From: Octopus sinensis
Taxonomy: Eukaryota
Direction of reading: 5' to 3'
Assembly: GCF_006345805.1 (NCBI RefSeq)
Contig: NC_043002.1
Coordinates: 107,384,001 to 107,448,000 of the forward strand
DNA: 64,000 nt
Of this stretch, positions 37,076 to 50,991 are shown one piece after another (position 1 is the stretch's first letter; each line of letters starts with the position of its first letter). Under the pieces are notes generated by a model, which searched no databases, was not told where the DNA came from, and was given only the letters and a program-made list of their open reading frames with translations. A program made the position numbers and the translations under genes.

Positions 37076-37300
37076 CCCTTTCAATACCAACCTGGCTGAA
37101 ACCACCTCTGGCTCTGTTGTACAAATGTCTTGTTTTCAAAAGTTCTGAATTAAAATCTTCCACCAAACCTTACTCACAATTTATGTTCCTAACACCAGCT
37201 TAATGATAACTAAGTTATTTTCCTAAATTCTTTGTTATATTTAAAATCAATAGAAAGAAACACCACAGAGCATCTCAACAGAAATATGGTAACAAAAGGG
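37076..37300 (+). mobile_element. piggyBac-type MITE
   Basis: TTAA|ccctt...aaggg|TTAA; partial tandem copy at 37328-37482 and an inverted relative at ~57309-57484. Confidence 0.7.
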
Positions 37301-39624
37301 TTAAAATATATAATAGAGAAACAATTCTTAACCCTTTTGATACCAACCCAGTTGAAACCACCTTTGGCTCTGTATTACAAATGTCATGTTTTCATAAGTT
37401 TTCAATTAAAATCTTCTACCAAACCTTAGTCACAATTTATGTTCCTAACTCTAGCTGAATGATAATTAAATTATTTTACTAAATCAAAGGAGTCAATGGG
37501 TAAAAACTATACATAAAATATTGCTAAATCGTTAATAATAATAGCATTGAATGTTGAAGACTATTGTCATTATGATGTGTGTATTAGGACATCTCACTTA
37601 TACACACTTATAGACAACTGTGCACACACATGAACACATACATAGAGAGTGTTGAATTGGCAAAGTCTTTGGAGCATCAGATTGAATGCTGTTGTGAAGG
37701 TAATTCCAGGTCTCTATTATCTGAGTTCAAATCCTACCCAGGTCGCCTTGGCCTTTCAACCTCTCAGGATAGATAGATAGATAAATAAAGTACCAGTCCT
37801 GTACTGGGATCAGTTCTTGTCCTTACCACCCTGCTCTGTCTGACTCTTTTCCTTGCTTTGTCTGCATCTCTCTTCATTCTGGAAGATATTAGCTGTGATC
37901 AGACCTGGAGAGCGATGGGCTCTGCCAGGTTTAAATGCCTAAGATGCACCATATGGTATGACAGTACCTGCCCCACAGCAACAACAACAGGCAAGGCATA
38001 CACAGTGATGTCTACCACTTGTAAATAGTGGTGTGGATAGCCAAGTGAGGTCCTTTTGTGTCATCATCATTTAACGCCCATGTTCCATGTTGTCGTGGAG
38101 TGAGCGCTGTCCATACTATGTGGGCATTTAAATCTGACAGAGACCATCACTCTCCAGTCTGATCAAAGGTGGTTTCTTTCAGAATGAAGAATGCAGACAA
38201 AGAAAGGAAGAGTCAGATAAAGCGGAGAGGTAAGGATAAGAATTGATACCAGTACAGGACCGGTCCTTTATTTATCTATCTTGAAAGATAGGCGGAAACG
38301 TTAGCGCGCCGGGCGAAATGCTTCGCGGTATTTCGTCTGTCGTTACGTTCTGAGTTCAAATTCTGCCGAGGTCAACTTTGCCTTTCATCCTTTCGGGGTC
38401 GATAAATAAAGTACCAGTTTCGCACTGGGGTCGATGTAATCGACTTAATCCATTTGTCTGTCCTTGTTTGTCCCTTCTATGTTTAGCTCCTTGTGGGTAG
38501 TAAAGAAATATATCTTGAAAGGAGTCCACAGGCAAAAAGTCTGACACATTAATGGGATCTAGTGGATGCGGAGACTGCATTGTGCCTCACTGTCTGTTTT
38601 GGCAGGATTTCTACAGCTGGATACTCTTCCTAACTCAAACCACTTTATGTACTCGGTGGGCCGGTGTGTTTTTCATGCCATCATCTCTGATGAGGTCACC
38701 ATGCAGCATGCAAGTCTATGGACCCACAAACCAGAAGACTTTGTGCCACATGTTTTTATAATTGTCATTTAGCCTTCAACTCACCTCGCATTGAGTTGGG
38801 GGATAAATGATCCCAAGAATGGCAGTCATGATCATCTTATCATTTTAAGAAGTGCACAGGTTATTTTTACTGGCTTCCATCACTGGACTGTACCCTTACT
38901 GGGGGACAGCCTTGAAACGTTTATCAAATTGATCCCAGTGCTTATTTCAAGTCTAATACTTATTCCATCAATCTTGTTTTGCTGAACTGCTAGGTTGCAG
39001 AGATGTGAGCAAATTAACACTGGTTGTCAAGCGGTGAGTGGCTAACACAAACAGCAATACACACAATCACATGCAGAAACACACACGCATATACATACGT
39101 ATGTGTGTGTGTGTGTGTGTGTCCCATTGCATGGCACATTGGGCTAGTGTCTTCTCCCATAGCCTTGGGTGAACCAAAGCCTTGTTATTGGATTTGGTAG
39201 ACAGGAACTGAAAGAAGCCTGTTGAATATATATGTCAGTTTAGTAAATAAATAAATAAGTTGACATAATATAATGTCTCTAAAAGTTGATGAACCACCTA
39301 TTGATCCCCTCCATTTTCTTATTGCTCTCTCTCTCTCTCTCACTATATATATATGTTTATGTGTGTGTGTTTGTCCCCACACTATCACTTGACAACCAAT
39401 GCTGGTGTGTTTACATCCCCGTAACTTAGTGGTTCAGCAAAAGAGACCGATAGAATAAGTACCAGGCTTACAAAAAATAAGTCCTGGGGTCAATTTCTTT
39501 GACTAAGAAGATGGTGCTCCAGCATGGCAACAGTTAAATACCTGAAACAAGTAAAAGAATACACACACACATACGCATATGCACATATATGTTTATATAT
39601 ATGTATATATATATATATATATAG

Positions 39625-39830
39625 GGAGAGTTTACAAAAAAACACAATAGATGAAGACTGGTGGTGTACAAAACAAACAGATGTATTAGTATAACGCTCA
39701 GGAATAGAAAAAGTCTTTTACGTTTCAAGCCTACGCTCTTCTACAGAAAGGGACACAGAAAAAACAAGGAGAGAAAAAAATTTGTGTAGTGGCTAACGAT
39801 CTATCATGGCGACTGACATGATAGATCGTT
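39625..39830 (-). mobile_element. Hammerhead-bearing family H1 copy
   Basis: cttt CTGTAGA A GAGC gtag GCTT GAAA C GTA aaag at 39714-39750; abuts (TA)n. Confidence 0.7.
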
Positions 39831-40495
39831 ATCATCATCATCATCATCATCGTTTATATATATATATATAACCCATGCCTGCGCAGAAAGTAGATGTTAA
39901 AGGATAATGATGATGATATGTATGCACACACACACATCCACACCCACCCACCCACACACACGTATACACGGAACCAACTTCCACCAACTTTCCATTTACC
40001 AAATTCATTCACAAGACATTGGTTGGCTGCGGGACTATAATGAGGGATGCTCATTGGTTATAAAGTCAACTTGTTAACCCCACAGCCACACTCACACGTG
40101 GGCATTTAGATCTATTTTATGTAATGTGGCAGTAGAGTGTAATTTGAGGCAGAATTGGCTGCTAATTTTAACAGGTCAAATGACACGTTAACCTTTTGGC
40201 ATTCAGATTATTCACAAATCCTTCAGTGTTCAGATTACTGTCAAATGTAATGCTTATTTATTTACAATCTTTTGAATTTATTCTCTGCATTTTCTTGTAG
40301 CCTTGAAATTTCAAAGATCTGATAGTTTATGCTTTAGGTTGACATAGGGTAGGTGTGTGAAGCCAGATCTGGTCAGTTTGGACATAAAACGGGGGCAGCT
40401 ATGACTGGTTTTAAATGCTATGGGATTCAAGATGCACTCATTAGTGGTCAAATATATATATATATATATGTACATATATATATAAATATATATAT

Positions 40496-40526
<31 letters not shown>

Positions 40527-41314
40527 GGTGCAGGAGTGGCTGTGTGGTAAGTAGCTTGCTAACCAACCACATGGTTCCGGGTTCAGTCCCACTGCGTGGC
40601 ATCTTGGGCAAGTGTCTTCTGCTATAGCCCCGGGCCGACCAATGCCTTGTGAGTGGATTTGGTAGACGGAAACTGAAAGAAGCCTGTCATATATGTGTAT
40701 ATATGTATGTATGTATGTGTGTGTGTTTGTGTGTCTGTGTTTGTCCCCCTAGCATTGCTTGACAACCGATGCTGGTGTGTTTACGTCCCCGTCACTTAGC
40801 GGTTCGGCAAAAGAGACTGATAGAATAAGTACTGGGCTCACAAAGAATAAGTCCCGGGGTCGATTTGCTCGACTAAAGGCGGTGCTCCAGCATGACCGCA
40901 GTCAAATGACTGAAACAAATAAACGAGTAAAGATAGTAAAGAGTATATGTATATATATATGTATATATATATATATATATATCTATCATGTTTGGTTGTC
41001 ACAAATGGTGGGGATTGAAAAGGAAATAGGGACCAGTGCAATTTAGGCTGCTTTCTGATTTATTTTCTGTTTGTTGTTTATCTATTTGTTATTGAATTTT
41101 ATTTATTTATTTATTTATTTATGTATTTTGCACCTGTTGTTAATTTGCAGTTCACTGATAGGAAAGAAATGGTGGGTGAGTGAGAAACAGGAAGTGAAGA
41201 ACTTCCTGGTCTTATCTGGTATAGTGGGGAAGAGAGGTCATGTAGGCCAAAAATATAAGGATTTAACTGCAGATATGCTCTCTCTCTTTCTCCGATTATG
41301 ATGATGATGATATC

Positions 41315-41350
<36 letters not shown>

Positions 41351-42029
41351 CATATATATATATATATATATACACTTTATTTAAAGGAGCAGAAAATTCA
41401 ACAAGCCGTTCATAAAGCATATTACTCTACCACTGGTATTTGAGTACTCTTTTTTTCCACCTTGTTTCACATTTATGTGTTTACTCCGGTATATATATAT
41501 ATATGCCCCGCCTGGCACCTGTGCAGGTGGCACGTAAAAAGCACCCACTACACTCACGGAGTGGTTGGCGTTAGGAAGGGCATCCAGCTGTAGAAACATT
41601 GCCAAATTAGACTGGAGCCTGGTGCAGCCTTCTGGCTTCCCAGAACCCCGGTCGAACCGTCCAACCCATGCTAGCATGGAGAACGGACGTTAAACGACGA
41701 TGATGATGATATAAAATGTGCAAAACAGCATTAGTCACAACTGAAATGTATGTATATATATTAAAAAGCTTTATTTATGCACACACACACACACACACAC
41801 ACATACACACACACATGATTAATCATCTATTTTTGTGGTGAATTTCATATAGTGCCAAGGTAAGAAAGTACTAGTGGTCCATACAGAAAACTTGAGGCTA
41901 AAATTCAAACCAAAACTAGTTGAGGAAAACTTCCTTTTTAAGATGTTAAAATATTAAAAAAAATCTCATATGACCTAAAGTTTTTGTGTTGTCAAGCGAT
42001 CCCCATACTCACATCAAAGGAACGCTTGT

Positions 42030-42223
42030 ATGTATGTATGTATGTATGTATGTATATTTATAAATGTATGTATGTACACATGTATATGCATGTGTGTGTA
42101 TGTATGTGTGTATATATGTGTGTGTGTGTGTGCGATGTACGTAAGTATATATATGTGGTATGTGTGTATGTATATATATATGTATATGCATGTGTATATA
42201 TATATATATAATATGTATATGCA

Positions 42224-42256
<33 letters not shown>

Positions 42257-42525
42257 GAATGTATATGCATGTGTGTGTGTATATATATATGTATGTGCAT
42301 GTGTGTGTATGTATATATATATATATGTATATGCATGTGTGTGTATATATATATATATACATACACACACACACATGCATATACATATATATATATACAT
42401 ACACACACATGCATATATATATATATTATATATACATACACACACACATGCATATACATATATATATACACACACATACATACATATACATATATATATA
42501 TACACACACACATGCATATACATTC

Positions 42526-42562
<37 letters not shown>

Positions 42563-42790
42563 CACACATGCATATACATTCATATATATACACACACATG
42601 CATATACATATATACATACACACATGCATATATATATATATATATATGTATATGCATGTATGTCTGTGTATATATATGTATATGCATGTGTGTGTATATG
42701 TATGTGTGTATGTATATGCATGTGTGTGTATATATATAGATATATATATATACATATATATATAATGGCTCATGCACATGCATACACACA
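42030..42790. repeat. Compound microsatellite with orientation switches
   Basis: tgtatatgcatgtgtgtg units switch to cacacacatgcatataca units and back. Confidence 0.9.
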
Positions 42791-43529
42791 CACACAGCCG
42801 CACACACATATATCTCGGCACTATGTCAACAGTGCTGCTTATTTTGGGAATCTGTGCTGAAACCCCCCTCCTCCCCTCCACAACCACTGGACCACCAAAA
42901 GAACAACAACACTTCATTGTTGTCACAGAAACATTGTAGAATTGTTCTTTCGAAATTTGTTTGTTATTATATTTGTCTTTTGTTTTTTGTGTGTGGTAGG
43001 ATGTTGTTGGTATTTCCCTGAAACAATGCCGTTACTGTTCTTGGCTCAGTCGCGTCGTCATCACCCCACCGCCCCGCCGCCCCTCCCCTAATTAATAAAA
43101 AGCTCATTTGACAGGTTAAGTATATCAAAAACCATTTCATTTCACCCATCCTGTTCGCCTGTTGCTGCCGCTGGCCACCTCTCATCACCAAAATTCATTT
43201 CCTTCATCCGGTCCTAGTTTGGAGTAAATGCTGTCATCGTCAGCCTTATTTATCATCGCCATCGTCACCATCATCGTTCGCATCATCATTATCGTCGTTA
43301 TCATCGTTGTCATCGTCGTCGTCCCAGCAAGGAAACCTGTATGTGGTCGTTGCATCTGCTAGAAATAGCTATCATATCTTCTTCAAAACCACATCCTACC
43401 GTCGAGTTTTGAACATCTGGTCTACAGACGAGGCCTACAGGAGGAATGACGAAGCTAGGAAAAGAATCGTAGAAGGTTGACGTTCTCAAGTAGCAGAGTT
43501 TGGCAGAGAAATGGTTCGCGCGGGGAATG

Positions 43530-43625
43530 GCGTGGGTGGTGGTGGTGGCGGCGGTGGTGGTGGTGGTGGTGGTGGTGGTCGTCGTCGTCGTCGTCTTTGT
43601 TGGCGGCGGCAGTAGTGGTGGTGTG
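43530..43625. repeat. (GGT/GGC/CGT)n trinucleotide tract in a CpG-rich region
   Basis: Direct inspection. Confidence 0.9.
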
Positions 43626-44594
43626 TAACTCTGTTTGGGTAACCAGATGAAGAGAAACGTGAGGGCTGAGTAGATGTGAGTGGAGATGGTGTGAGACTGT
43701 GTAATTCAAAGGAACGGAGTCCGTTGAAGTTCGATGACGATCGGAAGACTCCCTGACACATTTTCAGGGACTTCCATAACAGTTGGGAGCAAGTTTTCCT
43801 TGAACCAGGGACCGAGTCTGTAATTCTTACAATAATGGAGAATGTCTCCAGTCATAACACTCAAAAGTTCCAGATGATGACGTTATACTTGGGGATAGGA
43901 TTAAGTTAAGCCGACCCCCTTGCGGGCCAGAAGTAAGATGGCATCTGTGGGCCAAAGGAAACAGCATGTCTAGACTCTAATATTTGTGTAGAATACAAGA
44001 CACTGCAGGCCGAGAGACTCTTTGGAAACGGTTCTAAAAGCAGCACAAGTTATTTTGGGTGAATGATATTTGGATAACATAGACAATTAGTTGACACGCT
44101 TTTCTGAGAATTTTTCAGTTTAACATTTTTTAAACTAGTATACTCACAGTAGCAACGGAAGTTCTTTTATACAAAAAAACCCCCAAACTATTATGATTTC
44201 AGTCATATCAAGGATGTATAATAGGAATAGACCTCAATAGTTGACTTGTATTTCATTTTATCAATGTCAGAAGGATGGGAGACAATGTCGAACACGACCA
44301 GATTTGAGCAGAAGAGCACACATGACTATGGCGTATCGCAGGCATTTTGTCCAACGCTCCAGCTATTCCATTGTCAACCATTATAGAAAATTCGTCGAGT
44401 CCCAGACCATGGGAATGAGTTATGGTTGCTCAGCAATATAAATATATTCTTTTACTTGTTTCGGTCATTTGACTGCGGCTATGCTGGAGCACCGCCTTTA
44501 GTCGAACAAATCGACCCCAGGACCTCTTCTTTCTAAGCCTAGTACTTATTCTATCGGCCTCTTTTGCCGAATCGCTAATTTCGATAGTGGGGGA

Positions 44595-44712
<118 letters not shown>

Positions 44713-45680
44713 ACACACACACACACAGTTTCCGTCTACCAAATCCACTCACAAGGCTTTGGTCGGCTCGACGCTTTAGTAGCAGACACTTGCTCAAGGT
44801 GCCACGCTTGCTGAACTCGGTTGGAAAGCAAGCTTCTTACCACACAGCCACTTCTGCACATATATATATATATATATACCAACGCTGGTCACAGTGCACT
44901 TCCTCTTTTTTCTTTTTGCATCCGAATGACGCCACCTCGTGGCTAGGTGAGAAGGCCAACATTCCCCCTGATCGGAAGGCTATTCCACCACAGGGTTACC
45001 CATATGCAGATGAGTGAAATTAAGTGTTTTTGCTCAAGAACACAATGTGCTGCCTAGTCCGGGAATCGAACCTATGATCTTAGTGCTCGTGAGAGCAATA
45101 CTCTAACCACTGGGCCACATGCTCTCATACATACATACGTGTGTGTGTGTGTTACGGTTGTGTGTTTTCTTCCACTCTTTTTTGACCATGCTCAAAAGAA
45201 CCGCAACAGTTAAAAGGCAAAGACATTATATGGAGTTGTGGTGATCATTCTTGCCAGAAGGGCATTAGAGGCGAAATTTAAATGAGAAAATTTTACAGAA
45301 AAGATTTTTATTTGTTTGTTTGTTGTTCTTTGCTTGTTGTGTCCAGGGCAAATCAATGCCTTGGCAACCGCCACCGACACTTGCGATGTTAATCTGATGT
45401 CGCTAAACTATCGTTGATCGACAATTACAGGAAAGACATAAAGCAAAATGGAGATTATTCTTGAGAGGTCGATTGTTCAGGAGAGGAGATGACCTTGAAC
45501 ATAGTGACTGCTGATGGAGTTTGGAGTTAGAGAGATAACTGAGTGAAGAGTCCCTGAGTGGGGTCTGGGAATGTCATGAGATTAACCAACTCCAAGGAAA
45601 ACCAGAATAGCAAAACCAAGTTGTATACATATCTTGTTTAAGTCTACCCTTACATAATACTCATCAATCCAGTTTATACA

Positions 45681-46080
45681 TCTTTATATATAAAAGTGAA
45701 GTTGTGTGTCTGTCTCCTACGATTTAGATTCCTAACTACTCCCACATTTTGCAGTGCAGTGTAACCAAAAGCGAGTATCTTATAGTCGTGATTCATATCG
45801 AGCCCTTCTGGGTATTAGCGCGCGTCTACGATGAGTCTACGATTTTAAAAATAATTTACCATAATTTTTTTCCATTTTAATGCATTTTATTCGCTATTAT
45901 ATAAGGGAAGTAACTCTCTAAAAATGTCTACGATGAGTCAACGATTTAAAAATAAATTTACCATCATTTTTTCCCCATTTTTAATGCATTTTTTTTGCTA
46001 TTTTTTGGCTATAACTCTCTAAAAATGCTTATATAGTTATTTCCCTTACAAACCCGAGCAACGCCGGGCGATACTGCTAG
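45681..46080 (+). mobile_element. Non-autonomous Helitron, sister of 23300-23697
   Basis: A|TC...hairpin...CTAG|T. Confidence 0.85.
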
Positions 46081-47222
46081 TCTTCAATATAATAAATATG
46101 GCCGTAAAAAAAAAACTAGAAATTAACAGCACTTTTTTGTTTTTGTTTCATAACGCTGTCCACATTTGTTTATAATCTGTATTTCTTTATATTCTAAAGA
46201 TTTAGTTTAACTGATACAATTCCAAAGGGATTTGAAGGGCTGAAGAGAGTATAAAGTTTTTTTTTTTATTCTTTGTTGAAAGAATTTAATATGACAGTTA
46301 AGTCTGTAAATGTCTGCAGTGAAGTGCTAGAGATTGCCAGCCAAGGTATTTCGACACCATCAAAACACAGACGCCATACAAGATTATAGACATATGTGTT
46401 TGATGTTATTTTAACTGCAGATATATCAGCTGGTTTCATTTCTGTGTGTGTGTGTGTTGTGCTTGGTCTCATAACACAATCATATACAAACTGCACCAAT
46501 ATGCAGGATATTAAAAACAGCTGCACTTATAAAGAGGAAGAAAAATAAACAGAAAAGAAAAGAAAAGCAAAACAGCCTGCATCACTCAACGAATTAAGTA
46601 CTTCAGAGTAGCACCAAAAATACGCAAACATAAATGTATATATATATATATATATATATTATATTATATATATATAATATATATATATATATATGTACGT
46701 GTGCGTATATATATAAACAGTGATGCATGTGGATAGCTACATTAATACATGGAGCCATATTTACAGCCCTACATCAACATATGACAACAACACGTGGTTG
46801 TACGGAAGTGGAAGTTATTCTTTGACATGCTAGATATAACAACCTGCTACATCTCAACAGATTCTTTAGGGCTTTCGAATCGCAGAAAAGCACCACCACT
46901 CCCCGTATTTCACACCCTAAATTTTAGGACTATATTGCCTACGACACAAAATACAGATGAATATCTCTTAGGCCCTTGATAGTTTTTGAAGGGCCTCTGC
47001 TCAGCTAGTTTCCTGGTGTAGACGAGAGATGAATCTTCATCTGGGTGGTAAGATGTGAGTCACGTTTCCATTATTCTCAGAAATGAGGCTAATAGGATTG
47101 TGTGTACAACCCAAATGCACAAAAGAGTAGGTGTAGGGAAGTTGAACCTAGGACCTCTAAGTTAGTTGTCCAGTACTTCATTCTTCAACTTCTTCTCGTC
47201 GACTTGTGTTGGGGACGATGAC

Positions 47223-47353
47223 AGATTGATTGATTGATTGATTCTAGTTTCAGCTCACAAGCTGTGGCCATGCTGGGGCACCGCCATTAAATGTAGAATC
47301 TACCTCCGACGGGACTCGAACCCGCAATCCCCGGCTTAGGAGGCCGGTGCCTT
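47223..47353 (-). mobile_element. tRNA-Arg(CCU) fragment fused to a CR1-type 3' tail
   Basis: aaggcaccggcctCCTaagccggggattgcgggttcgagtcccgtcggaggt (47302-47353), a 16-nt linker, then ggcggtgccccagcatggccacagcttgtgagctgaaactaga(atca)n. Confidence 0.7.
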
Positions 47354-47727
47354 CACACATTTTGTTAATTATAGGATTTGTTTGATGTTGTCCCATCGTT
47401 ATGTCATTGAAGGCTTTTAATAAATATTTGGGAATCACAAGTTGTCCAAGATGCGGCAAAAATACCTCTCAGATTAACCATCTTGATAGCCATTGTTCAC
47501 TGGCCCAAACCATAATAGCGACTGAAACAAAACGATTAAACATTAGCTTCAAGAAGACACCTCTGCCACTCCACTAGTGACACACCAAGGCTAAGAAAAA
47601 TATCGGAGATTTTCTGCAACACTGTAATTTATCCACGTTTATCAGTTGTAGTCTTTTCATTGGAGAAACCTGGGAGAGACACAAATATTAAACAGTGAAA
47701 TCTACCCCAGTACTTGAGAAAGTTTAC

Positions 47728-47842
47728 CTCATCAGGATTTGGATTCTGTTTGGTTCTGGATTTGAATCCATAACCGAACTGTGTGTCCGATGCTGTAATA
47801 ATTCTGCCAATCCAATGCCGTTCACTCGGCCAATTTCTATTC
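47728..47842 (-). CDS. Candidate internal exon of an unidentified gene
   Basis: Branch point ttctaac, pyrimidine tract, ttag|G acceptor and AG|gtaaac donor; two open frames (IEIGRVNGIGLAELLQHR... or NRNWPSERHWIGRIITASD...). No homology recognised. Confidence 0.3.
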
Positions 47843-48668
47843 CTAATTCAAAGAGAAAGCAGTTAGAAACGGAAAGAGAGAGTTGCTACAAAAACCAGTT
47901 CCGCTGACAAAGTTTTAATTAATCTTGGTAATTGTCTTTTTCATCCAAGCTGCTGGACTAATCCATCGCTCAGACTAACTGTTCTTGTCTAACTTTTAAT
48001 GGATTAACCACCTTGTATGCCTTCAGTGGATTAACACCCGTGTGTGGATTTCCTGCAGTCGTTCACTCATAGATATCCAGATTGAAATCATCCACATAAT
48101 TCTTAATCTTTTGTTGCTGTTGTTTAGCCCCAGGTCAGCCCTGATGGAGCAGAGCTATGATTAAAGTTATTCCAACCGTGGTAACCCTTTCTTTTTAGGA
48201 GATATCTAGACTCACTGTGTCCTTCGTTTATTGAAGACGGTATGGTATGATTTGAATGAGATTTGGCTGCTATTCCTAGCATCATCGTTGGAACTGTTTA
48301 TCCTCCTCTGACTAACTTTTTTTTTTTCAGTTTAAAACATGCATTCATATTTTAAATGAAACCTCGTCTAGGGATCTTTTAATGCAATATTTCTATGTGT
48401 CAGGTAAACGAGTAACTGTATAAAAGTATAATTTAAGGGTTTGCGTTGAGAAATAGGAAAGGTTTAAGGTTTTGGGAGAACCCCATCAGTGACTGAGTTG
48501 GTTGTGTATTGAGTTGTGTATCAAAATGTTGATATTGTTGTTGAGTTTCAGATCAACATTGATTAAGAAGACTTGTGATCAAACATTTTCGACCCGAATT
48601 GACCGTATTCGGGTTCTAAAGACAGTAGGGTGTGATTTCAGAAAAATTCGACTGTTTTTTCTGGCAAG

Positions 48669-49053
48669 TGGAAGCACTCCGTCGGTTACGACGATGAGGG
48701 TTCCGGTTGATCCGAATCAACGGAACAGCCTGCTCGTGAAATTAACGTGTAAGTGGCTGAGCACTCCACAGACACGTGTACCCTTAACGTAGTTCTCGGG
48801 GATATTCAGCGTGACACAGAGAGTGACAAGGCCGGCCCTTTGAAATACAGGTACAACAGAAACAGGAAGTAAGAGTGAGAGAAAGTTGTGGTGAAAGAGT
48901 ACAGCAGGGATCACCACCATCCCCTGCCGGAGCCTCGTGGAGCTTTAGGTGTTTTCGCTCAATAAACACTCACAACGCCCGTTCTGGGAATCGAAACCAC
49001 GATCCTATGACCGCGTGTCCGCTGCCCTAACCACTAGGCCATTGCGCCTCCAC
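48669..49053 (-). mobile_element. SINE family C with TSD
   Basis: tttttctggcaag direct repeat at 48656-48668 and 49054-49066. Confidence 0.9.
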
Positions 49054-49602
49054 TTTTTCTGGCAAGTAGAGTGAGCGATTGGAGCGTCTTTCGTTAGGAG
49101 AGGGCTGTTAATTATATTGGTTTCAAATTTTGGCATAAGGCCAGTAAGTTCAAGGATCTATCTAAGTCGATTAGATAGACCCCAGTCATCAACTGGTCCT
49201 TGTTTTATTGACTCCGAAAGGATGAAAAGCAAAGTTGACTTCGGCGAAGTTTGAATTCAGAACGTAAAGAGATGTATCTATTTTGTATGGCCCTGCAGCG
49301 ATTCTGCTATTTATCGAATATATTGCTAGCATTGATAACAGATTATTTGTAATATTGCCCCCCACCAATCTATTTGGCCCCCAACATATTTAAGAAGCAA
49401 CAGGTGATAAATTCGACAGCCAAACTTCTTATAACTCGTAATAATGAAAAGCAAAGCCACCTTCAGTGGACTAGGAACACAGTTTTCTAACATTGTCCCA
49501 TGGTCAGATATGGAGGATAGGGTACAGTAGATGAAAATGAACTCAGAACTTATTTTATGAAATCCAAGATTTAATGGAGGTGGCGAAGGTTTGCATTTAA
49601 AG

Positions 49603-50114
49603 CAGGGGTGGGGGAACGTTTTAGTGCCGCGGGCAAAAATTTCCTAAGAAAAAGGTCCACGGGCGGATCACAAGTTCTAACTCTTATATCTGTGTAAATC
49701 TTGCATATATCTACGTATAATTCGATATACATAAATAAAGATAAGTTTAACACATTAAACTAATGCGTAACATCTTCATTAACGCCGCCACTGAATTTAG
49801 GACGTTGTTTATTACCTATGAGGTATTCTATATCATCCATCTAGAATGTAGTTGGGTCTCAAGGGCGTGGTACAAACCTAGCAATATGTGTTTTATAGTG
49901 AAAACAAAATTTCCATTCAAATGACAATTGTCGGACGATTTTCTGTTGAAGTCCGACCATTTTAAGTTGTAGTGGAAACGCGACCTATGTCGCAAATAGG
50001 CGTACGAATATTGTATAAATTTTGATCGAAAAGTTTACTATATTTTGTATATATGAGTATATCTTCATGTGGCTGTAATAAAACGGGCTCGCGGGGGTGA
50101 GGTCCCTATCACTG
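49603..50114 (+). mobile_element. hAT-type MITE, uninterrupted
   Basis: Colinear with 25058-26274 minus its inserts; flanked by atttaaag / atttaagt. Confidence 0.8.
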
Positions 50115-50129
50115 ATTTAAGTAAGAAAA

Positions 50130-50431
50130 CAGCACAGCTCCCATGACTTCAGGAAACATTTTTTCACGCTGAGAGTTGCTGAAGCATGGAACAAACTGCC
50201 GGCATCAGTTGTTAGTTGTCGGAGCACTGCATCCTTCAAAACTTCCATGCTTCCTGAGATTCGCCAACACTACACCTGATTTTCTCCCCTCCTTACACAC
50301 ACAAGCATGTATCTGACTCATACATTGTTCGCTTTCCAGACATTTCTGCATTACTGCATGTACTTTATATGCACTTTCTGACAAGTTGTGGTGCACCTGA
50401 GCACTGTATACAATAATTTCATTATTATTAT
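50130..50431 (+). mobile_element. CR1-clade LINE extreme 3' end
   Basis: RKHFFTLRVAEAWNKLPASVVSCRSTASFKTSML...*, a 3' UTR, and an (ATT)n tail. Confidence 0.75.
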
Positions 50432-50680
50432 AAATATGTTTTCTTATCGTTTTTGTATCTGGCTAGCATAATGACTTTCCTTAGACCCACCAAATTGTTT
50501 TTCTTCTCTTATGTGGAATGCCGCTCTATAAACTGTATTGTCATTGGATACAACTAATTTTTTTATACTGTATTTATTTGATTTAATTATTCGTGGAAAG
50601 CTGGTAGATCATGACAGACTGCAGAAAATCTCTTATATAAAAGGACAAAAGCAACACTAACAAGAAAAGAATGGAAGAAG

Positions 50681-50991
50681 GACAGATAACGGTTTCTGTT
50701 TTGGGGTCCTTGACAGATAACGGTTTCTGTTTTAGGGTCCTTGACAGATAACGGTTTCTGTATTGGGGTCCTTGACAGATAACTGTTTCTGTTTTGGGGT
50801 CCTTGACAGATAACGGTTTCTGTTTTGGGGTCCTTGACAGATAACTGTTTCTGTTTTGGGGTCCTTGACAGATAACTGTTTCTGTTTTGGGGGTCCTTGA
50901 CAGATAACTGTTTCTGTTTTGGGGTCCTTGACAGATAACTGTTTCTGTTTTGGGGTCCTTGACAGATAACTGTTTCTGTTTTGGGGTCCTT
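50681..50991. repeat. 31-bp minisatellite, 10 units
   Basis: gacagataac(g/t)gtttctgttttggggtcctt at 50681, 50712, 50743, 50774, 50805, 50836, 50867, 50899, 50930 and 50961. Confidence 0.95.

Noticed and set aside
43455-43761. Poly-Pro and poly-His/Asp ORFs
   Set aside because: Explained by GGT/CGT trinucleotide runs; no recognisable domain or convincing splice sites.
47301-47320. tRNA-Arg match as an LTR primer-binding site
   Set aside because: There is no TGG (CCA complement) and no LTR, and the match spans 52 nt rather than ~18.
47353-47366. 14-mer tcacacattttgtt occurring next to both the tRNA-Arg fragment and the 5S copy
   Set aside because: It is low-complexity and in opposite relative orientations; most likely coincidence.
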